This document shows positions 41,206-51,535 of a stretch of DNA of 64,000 nt, in pieces. The stretch is from contig CAXXMD010000003.1 of assembly GCA_963675755.2 (NCBI GenBank), positions 2,464,001 through 2,528,000 on the forward strand, in the 5' to 3' direction. The position numbers and the translations under genes were made by a program. Position 1 is the stretch's first letter; every line of letters begins with the position of its first letter. The stretch is from a bacterium (lineage in GTDB: Bacteria; Zhuqueibacterota; Zhuqueibacteria; Residuimicrobiales; Krinioviventaceae). The notes under the pieces are model-generated. The model was not told where the DNA came from, searched no databases, and was given only the letters and a program-made list of their open reading frames with translations.

Positions 41206-41727
41206 ATGAAATCATATAAATTGATTTTTATTATACTGTTGTCATTGTTTGCATGCAATACGGAAAAGAATCCGGTAACACCGGAAGAGGGCTCGGGTGA
41301 TGATTATAAAATTTATCAGTTGGCTCTTGATGCGTATTTCAATGACAATGTGCCCGCAATTATTCTGCAAGATTCTACCTGGGGTGATGATATTGGCACT
41401 CACCATATATCTACACTCGAAGAAAATGGTGTAAATGTAAAAGAAGAAACGCTGCAGAACTATGAAACAATCAACCAGACAAAAGTTGCGCTCGAATCCA
41501 TTTCGGGGTATGATATTACTTTTCGCAGAGATGTTCCCGATTCAAACATGTTTTCAAAACCTAACGTCAGTCTTTCACGGGTGGGATACGATGATGGTAA
41601 AACCGAAGCTGTTGTAACAGTAGGCGTGGTCTTTGCTCCGCTTGCCGGCAGCGGTATGGTCTACTATTTGAAAAATGTCAATGGTGAATGGGTTGTCAGC
41701 GGTTCGCTGATGATCTGGATTTCGTAG
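41206..41727 (+). CDS. Hypothetical lipoprotein
   Basis: SD gaggt, LFA-C lipobox and C-terminal SLSRVGY...PLAGSG...WIS. Confidence 0.75.
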   Translation: MKSYKLIFIILLSLFACNTEKNPVTPEEGSGDDYKIYQLALDAYFNDNVPAIILQDSTWGDDIGTHHISTLEENGVNVKEETLQNYETINQTKVALESISGYDITFRRDVPDSNMFSKPNVSLSRVGYDDGKTEAVVTVGVVFAPLAGSGMVYYLKNVNGEWVVSGSLMIWIS

Positions 41728-41823
41728 TTGATATTTACTAGATAAATTCGCCAGTGAGCAGACCCGCGCTGATGAGCGCAGATAAAAACTCCGGGGCCTA
41801 ATAGACCCCGGAAATATCAAATC

Positions 41824-43464
41824 TTATCTACTTCCCGTATGTTCTTCAACAACGCGTCGCAGCCATTTTACCATTAAAAAGATTGCAATGGCGGCCAGCA
41901 AAGCGCCGATAAAGTTGATAGTGAAAAAGACGGCCTTGTGGTCGTAGGTGTCCCACAGACTGGAAAGCACACCTGAAAGTTTGTTGCCAATTGCAGTTGA
42001 CAGGAACCATCCACCCATCATTAACGCGGTCAAACGCGGGGGACTGAGTTTGGATACCAGTGAAAGTCCCATAGGACTGAGGAACAACTCACCGATTGTA
42101 ATCACGCCATAAACTCCAAACAGCCATAGGGGAGAGCTCTTGACCAATCCGTTTTGAGATGCAAATACAGCCGCAATCATGATCAACGTAGACATGGCGG
42201 TAATAAAGAGACCCCAACCGATCTTGCCGGGTGTGGAAGGTTCTTTGCCCTTTTTACGCAGGAACCCGAAAAACATGACAACAACCGGAGTCAGAACGAC
42301 TACAAAAAAGGGATTCACAGATTGGAATATCTCAGTAGAGAGTAGTTTTAGACTCTTGCCTTCTTCCGGCCATTTGCTTTTTGCAAGATTGTTAAAATAA
42401 GGATGTGGACCCATTGCTGTGATGGCATGTCCGTCAGCGTCTACCATAGGAACACCGTGGGCGTCCAGTTTGGGTACTTCGCGTGGCGTTGTATCCACTT
42501 CCTGTACCATGCCAAAGGTACCTGCAACAGATTCTACAGAGGCGGGCATGCTGCGGTCAGTATAGCTTTCAGCCCAGATGGTAAGCGCAGAACCGTTTTG
42601 ATGAAAAATAGCCCAGAAAATGATCACAACTGCAAAAATAGATAAAAGTGCGGCAATAGGAGCCTTGTCTTCTTTGGAAGCGCGGAGCCACAAAGAGAGA
42701 TAAAACAGTGCTACAGGAATGCTTGCAAACAGAAACGCATCTGTAGAATCGGAACCGAAAATATTGTTGGGGATGAACCAACCCAAAACACCAGCCACAA
42801 TGGCGGGTAGAAATACGTTTGATCCAATCTTCCACAGGGGCATATCTTCTTTGGTTGCGGGTTTTAAAATATCTGCTTCTCGTACGTGTTTTTGTCCGCT
42901 CAGGAACCAGATAACACCCAGGTACATGCCAATACCGGCTGCGGCAAAAGCGTATCCCCAGCCAAAGTGGTTGCGCAAATATGCTGCAACAAAGTTACAG
43001 ACAAACGCGCCAATGTTGATACCCATATAAAAAATGTTGAATCCGGAGTCTTTGAGGGATTTGTATTTTTCAACATCATAAAGATTACCTACAAGTGTAG
43101 AAATGTTGGGTTTGAAAAATCCATTACCAATGATGATCAAAAACAAAGCGATCCAAAAAGCGGTCATGCCGGGCATTGCCAGGCCAATATAACCTGTACC
43201 CATCAACAATCCACCAATAATAATGGAGCGTCGATAACCCAGTATACGGTCAGCCAATAGCCCCCCTATAAAGGGAGAAAGATAAACCAGTGCCAGATAG
43301 GTGCCGTAAATATCTGAAGCACCTGCTCGTGACAATCCCAATCCACCGGTTGCTGTGTCACTCATGTACAAAAAGAATATACCAAGCATCAGGTAAAATC
43401 CGAAACGTTCCCACATTTCGGTAAAAAACAAGACTACCAGTCCTTTAGGGTGATTCTTGAACAT
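41824..43464 (-). CDS. POT-family proton/oligopeptide MFS transporter
   Basis: HPKGL..LFFTEMWERFGFY (ExxER motif), GNGFFKPN, FYMGINIG and GELFLSPMGLS. Confidence 0.95.
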   Translation of the reverse strand: MFKNHPKGLVVLFFTEMWERFGFYLMLGIFFLYMSDTATGGLGLSRAGASDIYGTYLALVYLSPFIGGLLADRILGYRRSIIIGGLLMGTGYIGLAMPGMTAFWIALFLIIIGNGFFKPNISTLVGNLYDVEKYKSLKDSGFNIFYMGINIGAFVCNFVAAYLRNHFGWGYAFAAAGIGMYLGVIWFLSGQKHVREADILKPATKEDMPLWKIGSNVFLPAIVAGVLGWFIPNNIFGSDSTDAFLFASIPVALFYLSLWLRASKEDKAPIAALLSIFAVVIIFWAIFHQNGSALTIWAESYTDRSMPASVESVAGTFGMVQEVDTTPREVPKLDAHGVPMVDADGHAITAMGPHPYFNNLAKSKWPEEGKSLKLLSTEIFQSVNPFFVVVLTPVVVMFFGFLRKKGKEPSTPGKIGWGLFITAMSTLIMIAAVFASQNGLVKSSPLWLFGVYGVITIGELFLSPMGLSLVSKLSPPRLTALMMGGWFLSTAIGNKLSGVLSSLWDTYDHKAVFFTINFIGALLAAIAIFLMVKWLRRVVEEHTGSR

Positions 43465-43640
43465 AAAAAAATCTCCTGCTAAATTCGTTCGTTAACAATC
43501 TTTTAATTTAATAAATTAATACAAGAATTCCAGATAATTCTTGAAGGATTGTGGTTGTTTTTGCAATTCTGTTGAAATTTCTTGCTTTCCTGCAAAAATC
43601 TTGGTTAATTATGTGCTTAACCAATGAAACGGAGGAAATA

Positions 43641-45935
43641 ATGCGTCATCTCAAACAGGTTGTTTATTTAATACTTGTTTTGGTTCTGGGAACCGGACTG
43701 TTTTCAACAGTATTCTCAAAAACAGAGATTAATGTGATTCCCAAACCTAATAAAATTGTGCAAAATAGCGGCAGTTTTACCTTGTCTGCAGATACACGGA
43801 TTGTTGCGGATAATGAACCTCAAATTCAATACTGTGTAAATTATCTGCTGGAAGGATTAAAACCTTTTCAAATTCAACCCGGAGTAGAGGCAAAACGTTC
43901 CGCAAAAAAGAACCAAATTATACTTTTGTTGTCCGGAGATAAAAGTAATGAAGCATACAGCCTTTCTATAAGTGAAAAGGGAGTTGAAATTAAGGCTGCC
44001 GATCCATCCGGTTTGTTTTACGGCGTGGTTACCTTGCTGCAGTTATTACCATCGGAAGCAAAACCCATGGCAACGGTAGAAATCCCTGCGGTAACCATTG
44101 AGGATTCGCCCCGTTTTGAATGGCGTGGTATGCATTTGGATGTGTGCCGCCATTTTTATCCTGTTGAATTTGTAAAGCGTTATATTGATCTGCTGGCAAT
44201 GCACAAGATGAATGTTTTCCATTGGCATTTAACAGAAGATCAGGGATGGCGTATTGAAATTAAAAAATATCCCAAGCTCACCGAGGTGGGCGCATGGCGG
44301 GTTGATCGCGAACACCAGCATTGGAACGACCGCACTCCACCCAATCCTGGCGAAGAGGCAACCTATGGTGGATATTATACACAGGAACAGATTAAAGATG
44401 TGATAAAGTACGCACAAGAGCGGTTTATTACAATTGTTCCCGAGATAGAAATGCCGGGTCATGCTGTGGCGGCGTTGGCATCGTATCCTGAACTTTCCTG
44501 CACCGGTGGTCCTTTTTACGTGATGCCTGGTGGGTATTGGCCTATTACCGATATCTATTGTGCAGGAAAAGAAGAGACTTTTGAATTTTTGGAGAATGTG
44601 CTTGATGAAGTCATTGCCCTTTTCCCCGGTACGTATATTCATATCGGCGGCGATGAAGCAAACAAAGCCAACTGGGAAAAATGTCCTGATTGCCAGGCAA
44701 GAATCAAGTCAGAAGGCCTCAAAGATGAAGCCGAATTGCAGAGTTATTTTATCAAACGTATTGAAAAGTATTTGATTTCTAAAAACAAACGGCTGATCGG
44801 TTGGGACGAGATTCTTGAGGGCGGGCTTGCTCCCGAGGCAACGGTTATGTCATGGCGCGGAATTGAAGGCGGTATTGAAGCCGCAAGTCAGGGACATGAT
44901 GTTGTAATGACCCCAACATCGTGGTGTTATTTTGATTATTATCAATCCAAAGATAACGAACCTTTGGCCATTGGCGGATTTTTACCTCTACGCAAAGTTT
45001 ATAATTATGATCCCGTACCGAATGAGCTTGAGCGGGCCAAGCGTAAACATGTTTTGGGCGCGCAGGGAAATATATGGACCGAGTATATGCCCAACGGTCG
45101 TCATGTAGAGTATATGGCTGTGCCTCGTATGAGCGCCATGTCTGAAGTCGTATGGACCGCTAAAAAGTTAAAAGATTGGGAGGATTTCCAATCCCGTATG
45201 CTTGCCCAATATGATCGTCTGGATGCAATGGGTGTAAATTACCATCAACCGGACATTCAGGGATATAAAGTAAGAAATGTTTTTCCGGATTCTCTGTTAG
45301 TAGAATTGTCATTTGTTCGTCCGAATGCGGTTATTCGGTATACGCTGGACGGATCTCAGCCTGGTTTGCATTCTCCGGTTTATGAAAAGCCTATTTTGAT
45401 CGATAAAGATGTAGAACTCAAATCTGCGGCATTTATCAATGATCGCTATGTCAGCAGGATCAAATGCGGATCATTTATGAAACGTGAACCTGCCCAAGCT
45501 GTTAAAGTATCGAATCCCAAAAACGGAGTGGCATATACTTATATCCCGGGTAGTATGAAAACCGTCAGGAATCTTGAAACTGTTAATTTTGTTGAATCTG
45601 GTACCCAAAAACAGGTAGCATTGCCTGATGATACCCAGGATGAGGCATATGGGTTGATCTATAAAGGTTATATTGATGTACCCAAAACCGGTTTGTATAC
45701 CTTTTATTTGACATCGAATGACGGAAGTGCCATGTACCTGAATGACGAGTTGATTATTGATCATGATGGCGAACACAGTGCAATTGATAAAGACGGATTT
45801 GCTCTTTTAGGAGCAGGAAAGCACCCATTCAAGATTTATTATTTTCAGGCGGGTGGCGGTAAAGAATTGATACTGGAATATGAAGGACCCGGTACGAAAC
45901 GACAGGTGGTGCCGGCTTCTGCATTGAGTCATTAA
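43641..45935 (+). CDS. GH20 beta-N-acetylhexosaminidase with Fn3-associated and PA14 domains
   Basis: DSPRFEWRGMHLDVCRH, HWHLTEDQGWR and catalytic HIGGDEA; IRYTLDGS and PA14 SNDGS...DHDGEH. Confidence 0.94.
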   Translation: MRHLKQVVYLILVLVLGTGLFSTVFSKTEINVIPKPNKIVQNSGSFTLSADTRIVADNEPQIQYCVNYLLEGLKPFQIQPGVEAKRSAKKNQIILLLSGDKSNEAYSLSISEKGVEIKAADPSGLFYGVVTLLQLLPSEAKPMATVEIPAVTIEDSPRFEWRGMHLDVCRHFYPVEFVKRYIDLLAMHKMNVFHWHLTEDQGWRIEIKKYPKLTEVGAWRVDREHQHWNDRTPPNPGEEATYGGYYTQEQIKDVIKYAQERFITIVPEIEMPGHAVAALASYPELSCTGGPFYVMPGGYWPITDIYCAGKEETFEFLENVLDEVIALFPGTYIHIGGDEANKANWEKCPDCQARIKSEGLKDEAELQSYFIKRIEKYLISKNKRLIGWDEILEGGLAPEATVMSWRGIEGGIEAASQGHDVVMTPTSWCYFDYYQSKDNEPLAIGGFLPLRKVYNYDPVPNELERAKRKHVLGAQGNIWTEYMPNGRHVEYMAVPRMSAMSEVVWTAKKLKDWEDFQSRMLAQYDRLDAMGVNYHQPDIQGYKVRNVFPDSLLVELSFVRPNAVIRYTLDGSQPGLHSPVYEKPILIDKDVELKSAAFINDRYVSRIKCGSFMKREPAQAVKVSNPKNGVAYTYIPGSMKTVRNLETVNFVESGTQKQVALPDDTQDEAYGLIYKGYIDVPKTGLYTFYLTSNDGSAMYLNDELIIDHDGEHSAIDKDGFALLGAGKHPFKIYYFQAGGGKELILEYEGPGTKRQVVPASALSH

Positions 45936-45945
45936 TTGTAAATAC

Positions 45946-45973
45946 ATGCCCCAGGTAAAATTGGGGCATTTTT
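45946..45973 (+). terminator. Rho-independent terminator
   Basis: ATGCCCCAG-gtaaaa-TTGGGGCAT followed by TTTT. Confidence 0.7.
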
Positions 45974-45992
45974 AATTCAAGGATTGGATATA

Positions 45993-46676
45993 ATGCAAAA
46001 TCAGAACAGGATTGATATTTTTTCTTTTAAAGCTGTAATATTTGACATGGATGGCGTGATTGTAGATTCCGAAGGGATGCATTTTAAAACCATGCAGGAC
46101 GTATTTGCAAAAGAAGGTGTGAATCTGGAGTATGACCATTTTATGGATATTGTGGGGCACACAACAACTCGCAATATTCAGGATATTAACAAGTGGTTTG
46201 ACCGGGACTTTGATCCCCCCGAGATGGTGAAAAAACTGCATGATGCTTTTGCAAATGAACTGGATGAAAATGGAATGGATGCACAACCCGGATTTTTCGA
46301 TCTGGTTGATCAGCTAAAATCCAGAGATATACCTATCGCTTTGTGTACGTCGTCATCCCGTGACGAAGCCGAGTATATGTTTAAAGTTATTCTAAGCAAC
46401 CATCCCGAGTATGTCACACTGTATGATATTTTTGATACCAGTGTTACGGGGCGGGATATAAAAAATCGCAAGCCGCACCCGGATCCTTATTTAAAAGCAA
46501 TGGAGGGCCTGGGGAAAAAGCCCGGAGACTGCCTGGTGTTTGAGGATTCATCGTTGGGTATAGCCTCTGCCAAAGACGCAGGCTGTGGGATGTGCATTGC
46601 CCTGCGGCATCCCTATAATGTTAATGGCATTGGACGCGCGGATTTTGTGATTGATTCGCTGTTGGAGGTGTTGTAG
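45993..46676 (+). CDS. HAD-superfamily IA phosphatase (beta-PGM-like), paralog 1
   Basis: FDMDGVIVDSE, LCTSS, KPHPDPYL and VFEDS. Confidence 0.9.
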   Translation: MQNQNRIDIFSFKAVIFDMDGVIVDSEGMHFKTMQDVFAKEGVNLEYDHFMDIVGHTTTRNIQDINKWFDRDFDPPEMVKKLHDAFANELDENGMDAQPGFFDLVDQLKSRDIPIALCTSSSRDEAEYMFKVILSNHPEYVTLYDIFDTSVTGRDIKNRKPHPDPYLKAMEGLGKKPGDCLVFEDSSLGIASAKDAGCGMCIALRHPYNVNGIGRADFVIDSLLEVL

Positions 46677-46860
46677 ATTTTTTTGCTTGCCGGGGGGAAC
46701 ATTTTATATCTTTTTCCGTAATATAACAATATTTTTATAAACCCAAAGATGGGTTTTATTGATTGCTTTTCCGGTTGTTACAGAACCACCAGCACCGGAG
46801 AAAATATTTTTTTATTATATGTATTGTTTTAACTGTATAAGCGGATGAAATGGAGACGAT

Positions 46861-47550
46861 ATGGAAAATACAAGCAGCGTTACAGTAGATTTGCTGTCTT
46901 TTCAGGCAGTTATTTTTGACATGGATGGGGTTGTTGTTGATACTGAACGTGTACATTTTGACACGACACGAAATGTATTCAAGGAATTGGGTATAATTCT
47001 TACTGATGAGCATTATGCCAACTTTGTGGGGCATACTACCAATATTAAAATTCAAAATATCATTAACGAGTTTGGCTTTGAATTGGATATTCCCTTTTAT
47101 GTAAAGGAATTACGTAAAGCATTTGAAGATCGGTTGGAGAATTATGGAGCAGATGCACGGCCCGGCTTTTTTAACCTGGTCAAGTATTTAAAGGAAAACC
47201 GAGTCAGTACTGCTTTATGTACTTCATCTACACGAGATGAAGCCGAATATATGTTTGAAAAGATATTGAGAAACCACCCGGAATATGATTCAATGGATGA
47301 AATCTTTGATATCGTCATTACGGCTGATGATGTGACACATCGCAAGCCGCACCCGGAGCCCTATTTAAAAGCCATTAAAGGCATTGGCGCAATTGCATCT
47401 GATTGCCTGGTTTTTGAGGATACCGCAACGGGGATCACTGCCGCCAAAGACGCGGGCTGCGGTGTGTGCATTGCCTTGAACCATCCCTATAATGTGAACA
47501 AGCTGGCACAAGCGGACTGGACAATTGATTCGCTTGAAGAGATGTTGTAA
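46861..47550 (+). CDS. HAD-superfamily IA phosphatase, paralog 2
   Basis: FDMDGVVVDTE, KPHPEPYL and VFEDT; colinear with paralog 1. Confidence 0.9.
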   Translation: MENTSSVTVDLLSFQAVIFDMDGVVVDTERVHFDTTRNVFKELGIILTDEHYANFVGHTTNIKIQNIINEFGFELDIPFYVKELRKAFEDRLENYGADARPGFFNLVKYLKENRVSTALCTSSTRDEAEYMFEKILRNHPEYDSMDEIFDIVITADDVTHRKPHPEPYLKAIKGIGAIASDCLVFEDTATGITAAKDAGCGVCIALNHPYNVNKLAQADWTIDSLEEML

Positions 47551-47551
47551 G

Positions 47552-50407
47552 CTAGATCACCGTCCATCTGATGAGGAACAGTTCTTTTGCTTCGAATTCA
47601 TGGTGCATTCGCTGATGGATCTTTTCGATCAATTTATCGCGTTTGGCCATGATTTCATCTTCCACATCAAACAGATGTTGGCGTTTCACCCGTTTTTCAA
47701 TTTCCTGACTCTTGATCTCTACCTGCAACTGGTGCTGGCGCAGGGTATCCTGCGTCATGCGTGATTCACGACTCAATGATTTGATTTTCACCTTTATATC
47801 TTTGAGTGCACGTTCCGCGCCAATGACCATGTCGTCAGCCCAGGAATCCAGCTTGTCGCATTCCTGCGCGAAAAAGCTGTTGTTGAGATTGACAGATTCT
47901 CTGACTTTTTTCTGAATAGAGTCACGTGCGCTGATCTCAATGTGGCGTTTAACCTCGGGCGGAATTTCTTTTAACCGTGATGACGCTGCCCGTAATAAAA
48001 AGAATTTCTCACAAATATCAGGATCAATGGTTTTGCCCGCTTCGGTCAAACCCGTCCAGATGAGGTATTCCTCCGGTTCAAAGGATTGTACCTGCAAGAG
48101 GTGCAGGGCTATCCAGCCGGATTTGCCTCTGAGACGTTCAATAACCGAGATTTTTTTCGGGTGGTTGGTAATATCAAAATACAATTGTGATGGGGGAGTC
48201 TCGCCGTTTTTACCCGCGGCCAGCACAAATTCTCCCAACGGATGGGACAAACGATACAGAAATTCGCCGCTGGTATTGCTGCGGGTTTTGGAGATCATTT
48301 GGTAGTTACCCGGTTTAACCGATTCCAAAGGAGATTTGGACAGGTTGAATTTCAAAGAGTCATCAAAAAAACGGGCGTTCTGGTTCAGGATGAATTTGCT
48401 CAAATCCCAGAAATACGAGCCATATCTGTCCAATTGTTCCCGCGCGTTTTCCAATTGCATTTTGAAACGGGCATGGACCTCTTCGTCAAAATGCTCCAGC
48501 AGGGTACGGCGGGTATCGGCCATCTTGTCCTGGATCAGTTCGTCCAGTTCCAGTCGTAACTGGGAAAAGGCCTCTTCAATCTCTTCGGTGCTGCGGCATT
48601 GATCATAAATGTTGTGAATGCGTCTTTCAAAATCCACTCCGGAATCGAGATTGCCCAATACCTCATCCGATGCGCCAAAAACACCTTCAAACAGGCTGAA
48701 TTTTTTATCCAGTAATTCGTATACCCGACAATCGGTTTCGTTGCGTTTGTTGAGAAAATTGATTACCACAACATCAAATTTCTGACCGTAACGGTGACAG
48801 CGGCCAATACGCTGTTCAATGCGTTGGGGATTCCAGGGCAGATCGTAATTGATGAGCAGTGAGCAGAATTGCAGGTTAATACCTTCAGCAGCCGCTTCGG
48901 TGGCGATCATGATCTCGCCATGATCGCGAAAATATTCTACAATAGCGGTGCGCATATCCACAGCCCGGGAGCCGGCTACACGACCTGAATCTTTGTTCTT
49001 TTCCAGCCATTCTTTATAGACCTTGTTTGAGATATCGTCATTGTTGGTTCCGTTAAAGAGAATGATCTTGTCTTTGAATCCGTTTTCAGACAGAAACTGT
49101 ACCAGGTATTCCTGAGTGCGACGGGATTCCGTAAAGATAATGGCTTTGCGCAATGCTTTCATTTTGGCAAGTTCTTTGAATCCGGTATCCAGCGCTTGCA
49201 GCAGGGTTTTGGCCTTGGTGTCGGTAGCGAGACTGTTGGCATAAATAATAAGAGAATCGAGCTCTTTGATTTCATCCGCAATTTTAACGGGATCAAATTC
49301 AAGTTTTTTACCGCCATTGCGTTTTGCGCCCGCTTCGTCCAGAATGTCTTCTTCCAGATCGTCATTCACAAACATCTGGTCAAGCCATTCCGAATCTTTG
49401 ATGGTTTCACCGGCCAGTAATGCTTTCAGACGGTTCCTCATTAATCCCAGTGTGCCCGAGATTGCATAAATGGAAGACGCCAAAATTTTGCGCAATACCA
49501 GGGTCATTAAATGCCGCTGGGCGTGAGGGATTGAGTAGGTGTCTTCACGCGCGATAAATTCAGATATATGGTCATAAAGCTGATGCTCATTGTCCGTGGG
49601 TTCGTACGGCAGAGTGAGCGTTCTGCGCTTGGTATAACGGATGTACTCTGTTACCTGGTTGCGCAGGGTGCGTTTGCAGAATCGTTCCAGACGAACAGCA
49701 AGTTCTTCGCTGCCACCGGCCTTGTTAATAAACTGGGCGCGAAAGGCTTCGGGATCGCCAAAAATATGCTCGTCAATGAATGTTGAAAGTCCATACAGCT
49801 CCATGAGTGAATTCTGCAATGGAGTTGCTGTCAGTAATACTTTGTTTTTGCCATCAAGCGCCCAGCGCAGTTCATGCGCCATTTTGTTCTTGGGCTTGTA
49901 GACATTACGGAGCTTGTGGGCCTCGTCAATAACCACCATGTCCCAGTCGATTGTGCGCAGTTTTACGCCATAGCGGCTGGCAAAGTGAACAGAGGCGATT
50001 ACAATTAGATCATTATCAAAGGGATTGGGGTTGCCTTTGGCTTTGATCTGTTTATAGGAGCGGGCATCGAGAACCATATTGGGAAGATGGAATTTTTCCA
50101 TCAGCTCGATACTCCATTGTTTACGCAGTGCGGCGGGACTAATGATCAATAATTTGCGTTTTCGTTCCGCCCAGAGCTGACACAATAAAAGTCCGGCTTC
50201 GATGGTTTTACCCAGCCCCACCTCGTCCGCCAGAATAGCGCCTTTGGCCAGGGGAGAGCGCATACCAAACAGCGCTGCTTCAATCTGGTGCGGGTTCAAG
50301 TCGATGCAGGCATCGAAAAGCGAGTGGGTAAGTTTCTGGATGCTGCCCGCGTTGTGTTGTAGTGATAATTCGTGCGCGAAAAATTTCGCATGGAATGGTG
50401 TAGACAT
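47552..50407 (-). CDS. SNF2/RapA-like SF2 helicase of the type usually linked to type III R-M / DISARM-like loci
   Basis: LADEVGLGKT, IDEAH, LTATPLQN, TEAAAEGINLQ and YDLPWNPQRIEQRIGRCHRYGQ; coiled-coil C-terminus. Confidence 0.88.
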   Translation of the reverse strand: MSTPFHAKFFAHELSLQHNAGSIQKLTHSLFDACIDLNPHQIEAALFGMRSPLAKGAILADEVGLGKTIEAGLLLCQLWAERKRKLLIISPAALRKQWSIELMEKFHLPNMVLDARSYKQIKAKGNPNPFDNDLIVIASVHFASRYGVKLRTIDWDMVVIDEAHKLRNVYKPKNKMAHELRWALDGKNKVLLTATPLQNSLMELYGLSTFIDEHIFGDPEAFRAQFINKAGGSEELAVRLERFCKRTLRNQVTEYIRYTKRRTLTLPYEPTDNEHQLYDHISEFIAREDTYSIPHAQRHLMTLVLRKILASSIYAISGTLGLMRNRLKALLAGETIKDSEWLDQMFVNDDLEEDILDEAGAKRNGGKKLEFDPVKIADEIKELDSLIIYANSLATDTKAKTLLQALDTGFKELAKMKALRKAIIFTESRRTQEYLVQFLSENGFKDKIILFNGTNNDDISNKVYKEWLEKNKDSGRVAGSRAVDMRTAIVEYFRDHGEIMIATEAAAEGINLQFCSLLINYDLPWNPQRIEQRIGRCHRYGQKFDVVVINFLNKRNETDCRVYELLDKKFSLFEGVFGASDEVLGNLDSGVDFERRIHNIYDQCRSTEEIEEAFSQLRLELDELIQDKMADTRRTLLEHFDEEVHARFKMQLENAREQLDRYGSYFWDLSKFILNQNARFFDDSLKFNLSKSPLESVKPGNYQMISKTRSNTSGEFLYRLSHPLGEFVLAAGKNGETPPSQLYFDITNHPKKISVIERLRGKSGWIALHLLQVQSFEPEEYLIWTGLTEAGKTIDPDICEKFFLLRAASSRLKEIPPEVKRHIEISARDSIQKKVRESVNLNNSFFAQECDKLDSWADDMVIGAERALKDIKVKIKSLSRESRMTQDTLRQHQLQVEIKSQEIEKRVKRQHLFDVEDEIMAKRDKLIEKIHQRMHHEFEAKELFLIRWTVI

Positions 50408-50496
50408 GAAACTCCTTATTTCTCCTGAAAACGCAAAGATAATAATATACGGAAATTTTCGTCGATTGCAAAGATTGAATTGTAAAAAATAGGTCA

Positions 50497-50548
50497 GTCC
50501 CTGAGTGTGATCCGCCGGTAGACGGAGAACGTATCGAAGGGACGAGGG
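50497..50548 (-). repeat. REP-like CTTCGATACG...ACTCAG element (reverse orientation) with nested TCCGCC..GACGGA hairpin
   Basis: gtccctgagt-g..tccgccggtagacgga..-cgtatcgaagggac; same family as the first module of the 31059 and 32220 repeats. Confidence 0.7.
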
Positions 50549-50655
50549 CTTTTTGTCCCTCGGGAGGATTGGATAAGGATGAACAATTCAAAATCATTTC
50601 ATTTTGCAGGGAAAACAATTATATTCAGAAAATAATTCAAATCCGGGAAAATGAA

Positions 50656-51390
50656 ATGAAAAATCATATCGCATTTGTTTGTACTTTGCTGATTCTTTCC
50701 GCATCCTTTTACTGCCTTGCTAACGAAAGCCAAACCGGCGGCATTACAGAAAAGTCCGTTTATTTTGCAGATATTGACTCTTTAATGCAGGTCAAATGGC
50801 CGGATAACCGTACCATAACGATTGTTTGTCATGGTCACAGTGTGCCTGCCGGTTATTTTGAAACTCCCTTTGTGGATACTTTTAACGCGTATCCGCATCT
50901 TTGGCACCGGGCGTTAAAGGAACGCTATCCCTTTGCGGTGATCAATGTCATTGTAACCGGTATTGGTGGTGAGGATGCCGAACGCGGGGCCAATCGCTTT
51001 GAACAGGATGTGCTGACACATCATCCCGATATTATTACAATTGATTATGTATTGAATGACAGGGGGCTAGGGTTGGAAAAAGCCAGGCAGGCGTGGGAGT
51101 CTATGATTGCCACTGCGCAGGCACACAACATCAAGGTGATTTTATTGACACCTACTGTAGATAAAGGTTCGGATATGAACGACGCCACTGATCCTTTGAA
51201 CCAGCACGCACAACAGGTGCGGGATTTGGCGGAGAAATACCATGTTGCGTTGGTGGATAGTTATGCCGCGTTTAAAGCGTATGTTCAAAATGGCGGGCAA
51301 CTGGACGATCTCATGTCTCAGGTAAACCATCCCAATCGCAATGGACATGACCTGGTTGTCAAGGCATTGATGGAGTGGTTTCCGGAATAG
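50656..51390 (+). CDS. SGNH/GDSL-family esterase, exported
   Basis: Signal peptide, block I CHGHSV, GIGGE, LND and NHPN..GH. Confidence 0.85.
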   Translation: MKNHIAFVCTLLILSASFYCLANESQTGGITEKSVYFADIDSLMQVKWPDNRTITIVCHGHSVPAGYFETPFVDTFNAYPHLWHRALKERYPFAVINVIVTGIGGEDAERGANRFEQDVLTHHPDIITIDYVLNDRGLGLEKARQAWESMIATAQAHNIKVILLTPTVDKGSDMNDATDPLNQHAQQVRDLAEKYHVALVDSYAAFKAYVQNGGQLDDLMSQVNHPNRNGHDLVVKALMEWFPE

Positions 51391-51535
51391 TTTTGTATAT
51401 ATTGTATCACGTGATTGTTGAAAAAAGTTATAAATTTAAAAAATAACAATTCATCGTCCTAAACTCTCATTTTGTGTAAAATGAATTAAATTTAAACAAT
51501 AAAAATTTTGTTGAGCTTGAGACAAGTCAGAATGG

